Positions 38,187 through 50,790 are shown, counted from the first letter of the stretch. The stretch is DNA of 64,000 nucleotides from Octopus sinensis (GCF_006345805.1 NC_043000.1:104780001-104844000); one strand, 5' to 3'. A program made the numbers and translations. Notes: generated from the sequence alone by a model not told the origin.

Positions 38187-38578
38187 TTTTGCTTGTGAAG
38201 ACATGTTGGGGCAAGCGAAATCGAAATCGAATTGAACCAGCCAGGATCCCTGGTCTGGTGGTACGTAAAAAGCACTATCCGACTCGTGGCCGATGCCAGC
38301 ACCGCCTCGACTGGCTTCCGTGCCGGTGGCACATAAAATACACCAATCTGACCGTGGCCGTTGCCAGCCCCGCCTGGCACCTGTGCAGGTGGCACGTAAA
38401 AAGCACCCACTACACTCACGGAGTGGTTGGCGTTAGGAAGGGCATCCAGCTGTAGAAACATTGCCAAATTAGACTGGAGCCTGGTGCAGCCTTCTGGCTT
38501 CCCAGAACCCCGGTCGAACCGTCCAACCCATGCTAGCATGGAGAACGGACGTTAAACGACGATGATGATGATGATGAT
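38187..38578 (+). mobile_element. RTE 3'-UTR-only fragment (or RTE-tailed SINE) with (GAT)n tail
   Basis: Starts gcttgtgaagacatgttggggcaagcgaaatc, like the 3' UTR of the 9350 RTE copy. Three internal ggtggcacgtaaaaagcacc-type repeats. Ends ggacgttaaacgacgatgatgatg. Related pieces at about 4780-4990, 17745-17930 and 36160-36300 (-), and 12385-12410 (+). Confidence 0.75.
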
Positions 38579-38636
38579 ACATCATGTATATATGTATATA
38601 TATATATGTATATATGTGTATATACATGTATGTATG

Positions 38637-38680
<44 letters not shown>

Positions 38681-39567
38681 TATATACATGTATGTATATA
38701 TATGTATATATACATGTATGTATATATATGTATATATACATGTATGCATATATATGTATATATACATATATATAAATATGTATATTTATATTGATTGCTG
38801 GCAGGGACAACATATTTTATTTTGCAACCATAATATACTACCAAGTATACTAAAGGTTTATAAGTTAATACTATGTCCTACTTATTTTGTGTTAGCAGTG
38901 CAATTCAATCACTTTTAAGTTATCTCTATAAATTTTCCATAGAGTTTAGAACCAGCACTGGAAGTTATGATGTTTCATATACGAATACATGTATGTAAAC
39001 AATGCAATCTAAGATAGGAAATAAAGGTAATGGGTGTATATGCATATTTCAGACATTATTGCTCTTTCTTCAGATTCACATTCAACCCATTAACCATTTG
39101 CAAGTATGCTCCTTATCTACCCACTAAATTTAGCTGTGAAACACTATGGGATAAACCAGTTTTCATATTAAATACATTCCTGGCAACAGATACGTACATA
39201 TTAATTGCTGGTAGGGACACCGTATTTTGTTTTGCAAATATAATATATTACCAAGTAGATGTATTCATATACAAAATATCACATTCAGTGCTGCCTCTGA
39301 GGATATGAAGTTTAGTTCAATGTATTCCATATCTTCATATGAGGATATGAAATTAGTTCAACTATTTAATTTGAGAGACTACACATGTATAGTTGTGAAG
39401 TTTAGATATAGGTACGAGTGGCAGCTATAATTTGAACAAATTGTTTAATGCTGGGTTTAGATGTTGCAAATGAGACACTGTAGGTGTCACTTTGATGAGA
39501 AGTGAGTGTGTTGATTACATCAAAATGTTATTTGGATTGCATTGTTATTTAGTATTTTTTATTTTAG

Positions 39568-39674
39568 ACTATGAAAATTGCTCAACGAATATGTGAATGC
39601 AGTCGAAGTGTTTTGTCCATGGGTAAGGCAGCATTTCAAACGCAGATGAATATGGATCGAGATGCTGCTTATTA
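39568..39674 (+). CDS. ECHDC3: ECHDC3 exon 9
   Basis: tttag|TMKIAQRICECSRSVLSMGKAAFQTQMNMDRDAAY(Y)|gtaagt. Confidence 0.93.
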
Positions 39675-40950
39675 GTAAGTTACAGGAATTAACTGTGAAG
39701 CTAATGGTGTTTTATATTCTCTGAGAGTGTGCAAATATGTTTGCTGATAATTCTATTTTTCCTTTTTTTTTAAAATTCTTTTACTGGCTTCACTCATTGG
39801 ATTGAGGGGTACCCCCTTTAAGGATTCATTCATTCATATTGACCACAGAATTTATTTCGTGGTACCTGTTTTATCAACCAGTATTTGTTAATCTGCAAAT
39901 TTAGGAGACATAAAATGATACTGCACTAACAACACCACTTTTAGGACTTGTGTAAAACATAAAGTCAGTCTCACAAACATTTACATCTACATATATTGAT
40001 ATAAAATTAGCTTCTGCACAGTTTTGTGCAGAAACTGCACAAAACTGTGCAGAATACTGGTCAACTCAAGCTTGTAGAGGACACTTGTTCCAGGGGTTGT
40101 GCAGTGGAATACAACCTGAAACAACCTGGTTGTGAAACATATTTCTTACCCACATGATCATATCTGCATCTGTTGTGTCTAATTCAGATATACGTTGACA
40201 GTATATTTGCATTTGTTAGAATTTCTTTAGCTTGTTACATTATGACTTAACTGTTTGTTTTTCATACGTAAGATGTTCATGGCTAATTCATCTTCATCCT
40301 ACACCAAGTTCTTATAAATTACAAGTGCCTATTCAAATTGTGTTGAGGTCATCTTCATCTTCTGGGGGGTCAATAAAAATAAAGTACTTGGACAAGAATT
40401 ATTGACCAACCTCTTCCCAACCAAGTTTGCAATTCTGTGCCTATGATAGAAACAATTATTATCATTACGAGGGTATTGAAGGTGGCAAGATGGCATATAT
40501 TGGACAAAATTCTTTGCAGTATTTCTTCTGGCTTTTTGCTCATTATTCAAATACTGCTAAAGTCAACTTTGCTTTTCAAGGACAATAAAGTAAGTGCTTG
40601 AGCTGTGGGGTCAGTGTAATCAACTTCCCCTCCCTTCACAATTGCTGGCCTGGTGCCAGAATTGGAAAGAATCATTACAAGGGTACTGTATTAGGTAGAA
40701 TCCTTAGAAGCTTGGCCAAAATGACTTGTCCAGGCTCTTCACAAAATGCTAAGTGGTATTTCTTCTAACTGTTTATGTTTTGAGTTCAAATCCCATGAGG
40801 AGCAACTTCCCTTTCATCTTTCTGTGACTGGGAAAATACAGTCAAGTAGTTCAATTGATCTTATTGACTAAGATTTATCCAAGAAATCTGTGGCCTCTTG
40901 CCAGTACTTGAAATTATAATTATCCTTCTTCTTTTTCTTCTGTTTTGCAG

Positions 40951-41053
40951 CTATGCTGAGAAAATAATGGTTTCTAATCTAAGTAAGGAGGATGGGCAAG
41001 AGGGCATCAAATCATTTCTAGAGAAGAGACGTCCTCACTGGTGCCACAAATGA
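40951..41053 (+). CDS. ECHDC3: ECHDC3 exon 10 (last coding exon, stop at 41051-41053)
   Basis: tgcag|(Y)YAEKIMVSNLSKEDGQEGIKSFLEKRRPHWCHK*. Matches the recalled DGQEGITAFLQKRKPVW C-terminus. Confidence 0.94.
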
Positions 41054-42023
41054 TAGCTATTTCTCACAATAGGATGCGCACGTGCACACACACACACACA
41101 CAAACTAACAAGATCAGACATAAACATGCACTTGCATGTATGCTTGTAGGTAAACACATGCATGGTGCAAGTGTGCTTGTATAGCTGCATTTATAACACA
41201 ATATACACATGCTCACACATATATCACTCGTAAATATGCATATTGCAGACACATACACATTTGCAAATGTACACAAACATTTGCACTCATAAATATGTGC
41301 ACACATATTTATATACATTGTAATGTATTATACCTACACATAGAAACTTGTGCTATCATACATGCTTAACTATGCATTCACTTACACACACATGCACAGT
41401 AATAAACAGGTTCAAATACATCCATGCATGCTGTATCAACACACATATCTTTGTACAAGCAAACATATATTTGCATATATAATACAACACATTCACATAC
41501 ACATGTGCACACATACACACTAACAAGTATGCATATGCACTCATGCACGCGCTATGTACTTACATTCTCTTAAGCATACCACACTTAAAATCACACACTC
41601 ACAAATATATACATGTGGTTATACATTTGATATTATAGATGTGGTGCTTGCTGTGCTGAATTCTCTGTGCTTACATTGCACAGTGTTTTTCAACCAACTA
41701 ACCAACCAACTAATCAAAAGTCTCAAATGCATATCTGTTGAACTAACAATGAAATATCATTGTTATAACACCCTATCAACACCCTTAATCCTATGCCCTC
41801 AAACGTGTGATATATAATTCCCTAAAACCTCCCTGAAAATTTTATAACAGAATCCCTTGTATTTTATTACATCTTCAAAATACTGAAGGAATTTTCCTGT
41901 ACATTTGTTGCTTTAGTTCAAATTGAATTTTAATTAAACAAATAGACTAATGATAATAAAATACTTGAAAAAACAAGAAGAAGAAAAGAAATTTTTTTTT
42001 ACTTGTAAATAAGAGATTTAATT

Positions 42024-42029
42024 AATAAA
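42024..42029 (+). terminator. Candidate polyadenylation signal of ECHDC3 (another at 41955-41960)
   Basis: AATAAA followed by a U/GU-rich tract at about 42050-42130. Confidence 0.45.
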
Positions 42030-43899
42030 AAAAACATTGATTAAGATTTTTTTGATTATCAAATTTTAAAATTTGTAAGTTGTCTCTTTTTCTTTGCTTT
42101 TGTTCTCATTATTTTATTATCTTTTACATTTTGTTGGTAGCAGTTTATCAAAAGTGTTAGCATATCAGATGTATATACATTGAGTTCTTACATTCTGGGT
42201 TGGTTTCCTGTTTTTGACTTCTTACATTCTGGATTCAATTCCTGCTCTGCTTTAGATCTTCCAGTGTTAATAAAATACCTATCTAAGGCATTTGAATAAT
42301 AAAACTAGAGCATCAGACAGGAAACTTTGTACTGTTTGTTCTGGTTCTTTGTATTCTGATTTGAAATCTTGGTGTGGCTTTAATGTCTAGTTTAATACCA
42401 CCATCAAGTCCATTCTCTTGGAAGCATTCAGGTCAAGTCTTTGATTTGAAGATAACTCCCTCCCCTTCTACCAATCTCAAATACCATACCCTTCATTCTA
42501 ACAGAATGTAAGAAGTCAAAAACAAGAAATGAACCCAAATGTAAGAAGTCAAAATATATACATCTGACATGCTAATGCTGTTGATAAACTGCCACCAACA
42601 AAAGGTGATTAAAAAGAAAGCAGCTTAAAATCCTGTCTCTAACAGAAGTGACAGAGCAATGGATTACATTTTCCAATTTTTTAATAAGAATAAAAAAAGG
42701 GCAAGAATGCATAACTTTTGTGGATCTTCTGTAAGTGATGAAATTAATGCCTTGCAATATTTTGTATGTCCCTACCATTTTGGGCTCAAATCCTGCTACG
42801 GTTGATTTGTTATTTTCCTGGATTCAATAAAATAAAGTATCATTCAAGCACTAGAATCAATTTGTGTGACTGTTCCCACCTCTGAAATTCCTGATTATTT
42901 ATGTTATGAGACAGTGGTTTTGGTGTTAAGGTAATTAAATACTCACCTAATCTTCAGTTTGTTTCAACCATCATGTATATGGCCAAGTTGGATCAATGTT
43001 TCCATGGTCACATTTCAAATTTAACTACTGTCATTAAGGGTTCTAACTATGCTCACTATATTCATGTTGAATATGTGTGTATATATATGTGTGACACATG
43101 CTGTGAAGTGGAGCCTGCTTTACATTTTAAGCATAAGTAAAACCACATCAGTATCAAAACAGCTTCTAAAGAAATAAACTCCACCTTTGTGTAAGTATGG
43201 AATAATGGATGTAAAACTAAACTTCTTTACATAGACTTCCACTGTTGGCTAGGTTGGTAATTACATCTAATTTTTGGAAATATGAAGACATAGCTTCTGG
43301 ATCTACAAATCTATTATGACTTTATTTTATTTTATTTAAATGTTAGTATCTAAGTAAAAAAATCCCTGCCCCTGCTAGATAAGCAATTCCCTGAAGCTCA
43401 TTGGTGTAGAAAAATATTTAATTGGTGTTTTTCATTGGACTTCTATAGTTGTGGTCCCAGTATAAAGAAATTAATCTCAGGTAGATCCACAATGGACTAT
43501 TCCAGATTGCATTAGCAGAAATACAAGATTAGACATACAATGTCAAGTCAATTGTTTAAGAATCTGAAGTCACATCAAACACATGAAATAAAATGGTTGA
43601 TAGGTAAAATTGTATTGGTATGTGTGTAGATGACCATGAAAAAAAATTTATAATCACATATAATCATTCAGGCTCACTGACAAAAGAAATTCTATGACTT
43701 AAACCATATCTGGAAATTGAAGAGTAGCAACATTGCTTCCGGTATCAAATGAATGGTCCTCAAAATACTAAAGCTGTATGGAAATTGATGAAAATGTAAC
43801 ATAAAAAATACTTAACTTGCTAAAGACGAAAAACAGCAACTGCTATTTAAATTCTAGAACTGAGATTTACTCTAGATGTTTCCATCTCAACAAGTTTAT

Positions 43900-44430
43900 C
43901 ATATCCAATTGGAAATGCTGCCTATACTGGGATGACTACATCACAATTCTCCTGGTTTGTGCTCCATTTGCATCAATTACCAAAGGAACAACTGGTCTTC
44001 CACAATCTCTTTAACTAGGTCATGATATTTCTCAGTTTTCTCAATTTCTTTAGTGTCCGCTGTATTATCATAGGATATTGCAAACTCTATGATCTTACAT
44101 ATTTTCTTTGTCCTCTACAACCATATCTGGTCTCTTTGGTTCATTAGTATGATCAGTCTTGAAGGAGATACCCCTTTAAATCCTGTAAATTTTATTCACA
44201 ATTACAGCCTCTAGCTCTTACCACTTTTCTGTTATGTTCTCAGACATTTAGCTAACATCATTATGCACTTTTTTTTACCGACACAGTTTTGCCTGCGCTT
44301 ATTCGCATTTTGTGCTAATTTACTACAATCAGTTAAGAGATCGTTATTACTTTCATCTTCTTTTCCACATTTTCTGCATTTGCTCTGAGTTTTATAAATC
44401 ATTTTTATGGCTTGTTCTTGATGCATTAAA
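43900..44430 (-). mobile_element. Old RLE-type (R4/Dong-like) LINE remnant
   Basis: Minus-strand CRKCGKEDESNNDLLTDCSKLAQ (CCHC finger), then KRPDMVVEDK..KIIEFAISYD..EKYHDL..VVPLVI (PD-(D/E)xK nuclease pattern). Frameshifted. Confidence 0.7.
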
Positions 44431-44519
44431 TTTCATATTGTTTTTATCTGCTTATTGATAAATGAGGTTTAACTTATTTTGGAGTGTGACGACATCTGGA
44501 ATTTAGGCAGCCATCAGTA

Positions 44520-44900
44520 TTTTTGTGTCATCAGTGTAACTTGTTAGGTTGGCCAAGTGCACCTGTGAGCCTGTACCTGATAGTTGATAAACAATAATGG
44601 TCCTGGAACTGCTCTGAAGTATAACTTATTACAGATAACTTTGTAGAGAGAAAACCGTTTGCAGCTACCATGTAAGAAGTCAGAACCATTCTCCAGGTTT
44701 CCTGTGATATTAAGATCCCTTATCCTATGACATGATCTCATGATTAATTTTGTCAAATGCTTTAGCAAAATCAAGGTATATACAGTCAGTGTCCCTTCAT
44801 CTCAAGAGATTACTGAGTATAATGTTATGATGCTGTAATAGTTGTGACAGGTATCTTCGTCCAGTCCAGTCTGGAAACCATAAGAAGTTCTCAAGGTATA
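44520..44900 (-). mobile_element. CR1/L2-group RT remnant
   Basis: Minus-strand CIYLDFAKAFDKINHEI and AVPGPLLFINY. Confidence 0.7.
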
Positions 44901-44929
44901 TAATTATTCCTTTTTAGACAATAACTGTA

Positions 44930-44962
<33 letters not shown>

Positions 44963-44964
44963 TT

Positions 44965-45550
44965 GTCATTGTTCAGTTTTTTTCATGATTTCTTGCCAGT
45001 AGAGAAAGAGCTGGTTTCTAACCTAGATCCAAGACCCATTCATTGGAATTTCAACATCGACAACAAAGTATTTTTGTTTGTATGTATGTATGTATATATG
45101 CAGATTTGTATGTTTTGCTTTATGTATGTATTTTCATGCATATAGTTGCATATCTAGACATGCTCATATATATTTAAATGATAAACTTCTGGAAAGTTTT
45201 ACAAATTCTTACAATTCCAGTGATAGATTGTATCTGTAGTCTTCGAATTAGCTTACTCCTTTCGGTTTTGAGATGCCTAATTTCTCAAGATTGGTATTTA
45301 GGCAGTGTGTTACATATCCCAGGGCCCCAATAATTACAGGTACAAACCTGAACTTGAAATCTGGATAGATTAACTTCATATTTCTCAATAGTTCAGCTAG
45401 GTATTCTTTTTTTCACTGATCGTCAGCTTTATGTTAACATCTGCTGGGTAGCTAATTTCCACAACTGTGCACAGTTTCTCTTTATCCCAAATCATTATAT
45501 CAGGTCTGTTTTGCTTACTTTTTATTGAGGTCTTCACTGGGACATTTCAC
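44965..45550 (-). mobile_element. 3' end of an R4/Dong-like RLE LINE (nuclease C-terminus plus 3' UTR) ending in (CATA)n
   Basis: Minus-strand NVPVKTSIKSKQNRPDIMIWDKEKLCTVVEISYPADVN..AELLRNMKLIYPDFKFRFVPVIIGALGYVTHCL (one frameshift). The 3' UTR contains an internal (CATA)n and terminates ..aacaatgacaaac(ATAC)n. Confidence 0.8.
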
Positions 45551-45589
45551 ATATATACGTGTGCTTGTGTGTTTATGTGTAAGTGTATA

Positions 45590-46354
45590 TGTCAAATCGC
45601 TCGAGAGTGCTACATTGTCCGGTACAACCTGTTGCGCGGTCGGATCATCAGTGACTAGACAAGCTCCCCACCATGCTTGCCTGGAGAAAAGAATTGTTAG
45701 AAACACAGCAGAACAAAATCAATACCTGTTAAAAGAACGGATGAACCCAGCGTAGGTTCATCGACTATCTAGCAATTTCTCTGGTAATTGGTGAATGATC
45801 GCGTCGGAAGATCACTTGGGAGTGATGAACCCTTATTTCTTGTTAAAAAATCTTTATAGGGAAAATAAAACTAGACGATCGTTCAACTTCTGATCACTCC
45901 AAGCAATGTTGACCCATTGGGAGGAAAGCTGTTCTCTCTGAAAAGTGAATACCGTCTGTGCACACGTGACCCATTATATTAAGTTACATGGCTAGAAATT
46001 GCTTGGAAAATGTAACAACGAAGTGTAGTGGAACACACAATCTTAACCAGCTGGAAATATGTGATTTTAAGCGTGTACGTAGCTGGCTCAGGTTTATTGG
46101 TCGCTCATTTTCCAAACTATGGCGATTTGGTATCATCTAAAGCAACAATGTAACTTTCCAGGAATAAACATCGCTTACGCGCTAATCAAGAAGGATTTAG
46201 AAGACACTGTCTAAACAAAACTTGTCTAATTCTGGAATGGCCTGTAACCATGCAACTGGTGCTTGTCCTCTATAATATCTTCCATGGTAACATCCATGAA
46301 ATTTACAATTTTCTAAAAAGTGGTAGTACCCAGACAAGAGAAAACTTCCACCAA
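45590..46354 (+). mobile_element. Element terminus plus degenerate downstream sequence, possibly the 5' end of a non-LTR element
   Basis: Homologous to 37732-37950 (opposite strand), CpG-rich, with a stop-riddled frame ending ..DKRKLPPS. Bounded by TG/TA and TATG repeats. Class assignment is inferred. Confidence 0.45.
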
Positions 46355-46366
46355 GTATGTATGTGT

Positions 46367-46483
46367 GTCATTGTTTAGTTTTATTTCAAGATTTCTTGCC
46401 AATAGAGAAAGGGTCGGTTTCTAATCTAGATTCAAGTTTCCGTCATTGGAATGTCTACATCAGCAACAAGGTATTTTTTGTTT
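46367..46483 (-). mobile_element. Short 3'-end derivative of the R4/Dong-like element
   Basis: Aligns with 44965-45080. TATG repeats on both sides. Confidence 0.75.
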
Positions 46484-46789
46484 GTATGTATGTATGTATG
46501 TATGTATGTATGTATGTATGTATGTATGTATGTATGTATGTTTGTATGTATTATGAATGTATGTATGTATATGCATAAATTTGTTGTGAAATATATGGAT
46601 TCATAAAATCCTGTGGCTAACACAGAAATTCATCAAGTGGATCTGGCTATGGGATCACATAGTAATCCAGTGTTTAGGAATATGATGCAGAGCTCTATGC
46701 AGGTGATATCCAGGAGATTCAATCGATGAAATTTTTTCATGAGGAGTATATAAACCATAAAAAAGTCATATAAATACACACACATATGC

Positions 46790-46844
<55 letters not shown>

Positions 46845-46856
46845 TAATAATAATAG

Positions 46857-46908
<52 letters not shown>
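46790..46908. repeat. (ATA)n/(ATG)n microsatellite
   Basis: Direct observation. Confidence 0.95.
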
Positions 46909-46909
<1 letters not shown>

Positions 46910-47843
46910 GTCAGCATCATTAGAGGTTAGCCAGCATAATGGAATAGGAGCTTTATCTGCGTATTCCAAACGTTTACCATAAACAAATTTAAAAGATGTA
47001 TGTATGTATGTATGTGTATGTGCATGTGTGTGTGGTGTGTGTGCGCGTATGATGTACGCCCACCGTTCTGTATGTCACAAACAGCAACCACTATGACACA
47101 CAATACAAGTTAAGAGAAGAATCACAGTCGACCTTTATATAACATGTTTAAGTTTCCTTTTAACAGTATCTATGATTCAATATGCGATTTTTTATATCTT
47201 TAGCATCACACACCAAGCATATGTTATTGCAAGTTCTATCACTAAATGCTCTTCTCCAAACACATCCTTCAGGATCAAATGTTTATTCATAAGTTTAACG
47301 CAGCTCCTCACCAGTATATGCATAAATGTTCGCCCTTTCCCTACGACACTTTATAGGAGACTGCAGAAAATTCTACAAAAAAAAAAAACAGAAAAGAAAA
47401 AAGTTAATTGAAAGTCAGTAATTGTCACTTGCCCCTGTGCGAGACCAATTATGCCCTAGCTTAGTTGTTTTCAGTATTCTATGAACCGATCATCGAGTGT
47501 ATACCAGAGAGCTTAAAAAACTACAACGTCTGTCGCCTGAATACTGGAGACGTGAAACTCCAGCTAATAGCTTAAGCTGACTCAATTTTGAATGAATAAA
47601 TAATTATTCCACTAGGCGTAAGTATTGAGTACTGTTTCGCTAACTGAATTTCAAACACTTTTACATACATACACGTATCTGTCTATCTGTCTCCTCTCTC
47701 TCTTTCTCTCACTCTTTCTTCTGTTAGCCTGCTCGCTTAGCCAGTGGGGTGGCGTCATTCGAAGGCTAAAAGATAAAAAAAATCCGAACGCATTGTGACC
47801 AGCGATGTGTAGCAACATCTGATGGTCTGGTCGGTCACGTGGT

Positions 47844-47881
<38 letters not shown>

Positions 47882-47916
47882 ACCACGTGACCGACCAGAC
47901 CATCAGATGTACATAC

Positions 47917-48001
<85 letters not shown>

Positions 48002-48006
48002 CATAT

Positions 48007-49942
48007 AACCAAAGATCAGCTGAGGAGAAGTGGGCCATTGAAAAAATCAAACTCAACCCCAAATTGTTCTTTTCATTTGCGAGGAAACGCAGGGTCACTG
48101 TCTCCATTGTTGGCCCTCTAATTGAGGAAACTGGAATTCTCCAAGATAACGCCAAATCCATGGCCGAGATACTGCAGAAACAATACTGCTCTGTTTTCAG
48201 CAATCCTGATATGGCCGATCTGGGCTGTATCAATGATGTCAACCCCCAACACACTATATCGGACATAACGTTTAGTGCCCCTGATGTCTTAGCGGCGATA
48301 AACGAAATAAAACACAATTCAGCAGTAGGCCCCGATAGGTTCCCTGCTTGTGTCCTGAAGGTGTGTCGACACCAACTTGCATCTCCCCTTGCTAATCTGT
48401 GGAGAAACTCACTGGACGCTGGCTATATTCCAAAAAACCTTCTGTCCCAGTCTGTTGTCCCAGTTTTCAAAAAGGGAAACAAGTCCCTTGCAGTGAATTA
48501 CCGTCCGATCTCACTCACCTCTCATATCATCAAGGTATTTGAGAGGGTGGTGAGATCTCGAATAACCCAATTTCTGGAAAGCAACAGACGGCTGATCTCC
48601 AAACAACATGGTTTCCGTAATGGAAGGGACTGCCTAACGCAGCTCCTGCATCACTTTGAGGACATTTTGAGAGCTTTGGGAGAGGGCTCCAACACCGATG
48701 TCATCTACCTTGATTTCAGTAAGGCCTTCGACAGGGTCGATCACAAGATCCTATTGAAAAAACTATTCAACATTGGTGTCTCTGGAAAGTTACTGAAATG
48801 GATCAAGTGTTTCCTGACAGACAGATCTCAACATGTTGTAGTTGAAGGGGTAAAATCAAGCCCAGCCAAAGTCAGTAGTGGCGTTCCGCAAGGCACTGTG
48901 CTGGGCCCACTTCTTTTCATCATTTACATTAATGACATTAATGACATCATCAAGCACAGCAACATAAAAATCTTTGCAGATGACTCCAAGCTACAGAAGG
49001 TCATAATAAATGAGGCGAGTGACCGGACATGCCTTCAGTCAGATCTACTGGCTGTTATCCAATGGGCAGAAAAAAACAATATGCTGCTGAACGAGGATAA
49101 ATTTGAGTTAATCCACTTTGGAAAAGAGGATGCCCTGAAACTCCCATGCTCCCTTCCTTCAGGTGAAACTCTCGCGGCGTCCAACAACATCAGAGACTTG
49201 GGAGTAATTGTGGACAACAACATAGCTGGGCCACTCATATAAACACCAAAGTTGACATGGCCCGCAGAATGTGTTCCTGGATTCTCAGAACTTTCCAGTC
49301 GAGAGATATCCACACCATTATCTTTCTCTTCTCCACTTTTGCCCGACCCCACCTTGAATACTGTTGTCCACTGTGGTCTCCCCACACAATACAGGTATCA
49401 TAAAAGTTGAAGCCCTCAAAGGGCAATCACAAAAAAGATAGATGGCATGACAGGCCTCGACTATTGGGGTCGACTAGAAAAGCTAAAACTCTATTCTCTC
49501 CAACGTCGTCGTGAGCGCTATATCATCTGTTTGATGTGGAAAATATTCCATCAGCATTGCCCAAATGATGTTGGCATCACCTTTAAGGTACATCCAAGGC
49601 TTGGGCCCCGTGCCATCCGCCCAAAACAAAAATCGCACTCTCATCTCATAACAACAATACGGCACAATTATTTCACCTCAATTGGCCCCGCTCTCTTTAA
49701 CATTACACCAAAACACATTAAAACAGAAACTGACCCTATAGGGTTCAAGAAGTCTTTGGACAGATTCCTTCAAGAAATCCCGGATAAACCCCCTACACCC
49801 GGATATGTCTCTGTAAACAATAACTCTCTACTTGAGTGGGCCATAGTGCCCAAATTCTGACTTGAAAGACTTCACCAGGTGGTGCTATTAAGTTAGACAT
49901 GGCCTGGGCCAATAATGGCCGAAACCTATCAAAGTATCAAAG
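48007..49942 (+). mobile_element. Young 5'-truncated CR1/L2-group LINE inserted in (TA)n
   Basis: Long open frame: NPKLFFSF..AVGPDRFP..YRPISLTSH..QHGFR..YLDFSKAFDRVDH..SGVPQGTVLGPLLF..IFADDSK. Frameshifts near 49220 and 49410, then LYSLQRRRERY..NNSLLEW and a (TATCAAAG)2 tail. Confidence 0.92.
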
Positions 49943-49975
<33 letters not shown>

Positions 49976-50135
49976 AAAGGGCTTAGTAAAATAAATTACT
50001 TTGCCGCATAAGTAATTTATTTACTAAGCCCTTTTATATAATGTAATAATTTGAATTCGCCTTAAATGGTCCCTTTGCATACTGAATACTTGGTGAAATT
50101 GATTAATAATTAATTAATTTTACCCTCAATTGTTG

Positions 50136-50139
<4 letters not shown>

Positions 50140-50211
<72 letters not shown>

Positions 50212-50224
50212 GTATATATATGTG

Positions 50225-50256
<32 letters not shown>

Positions 50257-50292
50257 TATTATATATGTATGTATGTATGTATGTATATACAT

Positions 50293-50324
<32 letters not shown>

Positions 50325-50480
50325 GTATATATATGTATATATATGTAATATAGTATTATATGTGTATATATTATATGTTATATATAATATATATATATAT
50401 ATATGTATGTATGTATGTATGTTATACATACACACACACACACACACACATATATATATGTATATATATGTATATATATG

Positions 50481-50566
<86 letters not shown>

Positions 50567-50601
50567 GTATGTATATACATACACACACACACACACACCA
50601 C

Positions 50602-50661
<60 letters not shown>

Positions 50662-50698
50662 TGTTGTATTTCGGGATGGTTAATATTATTATTATTAT

Positions 50699-50749
<51 letters not shown>

Positions 50750-50790
50750 TTATTATTATTATTATATTATTATTATTATTATTATTATTT
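50140..50790. repeat. Compound (TA)/(TATG)/(CA)/(AAT) microsatellite field with internal duplications
   Basis: Direct observation. Similar fields at 37950-38186, 38580-38790, 57447-57695 and 60290-60815. Confidence 0.95.

Noticed and set aside
37641-38918. Many ORFs rich in YI/HT/CV dipeptides (also at 50110-50810, 57419-57710, 60147-60862 and 61681-62209)
   Set aside because: They are translations of (TA)n, (CA)n and (CATA)n tracts that happen to lack stops. No coding signal.
47535-47572. CTGAATA..GAAAC with a CTGGAG/CTCCAG hairpin
   Set aside because: The core deviates and the stems do not map onto hammerhead topology.
49895-49930. GGCC..GGCC-GAAAC in the LINE 3' UTR resembling hammerhead stem II plus GAAA
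   Set aside because: No CUGANGA-like segment upstream and no stem I. More likely the LINE 3' recognition stem-loop.
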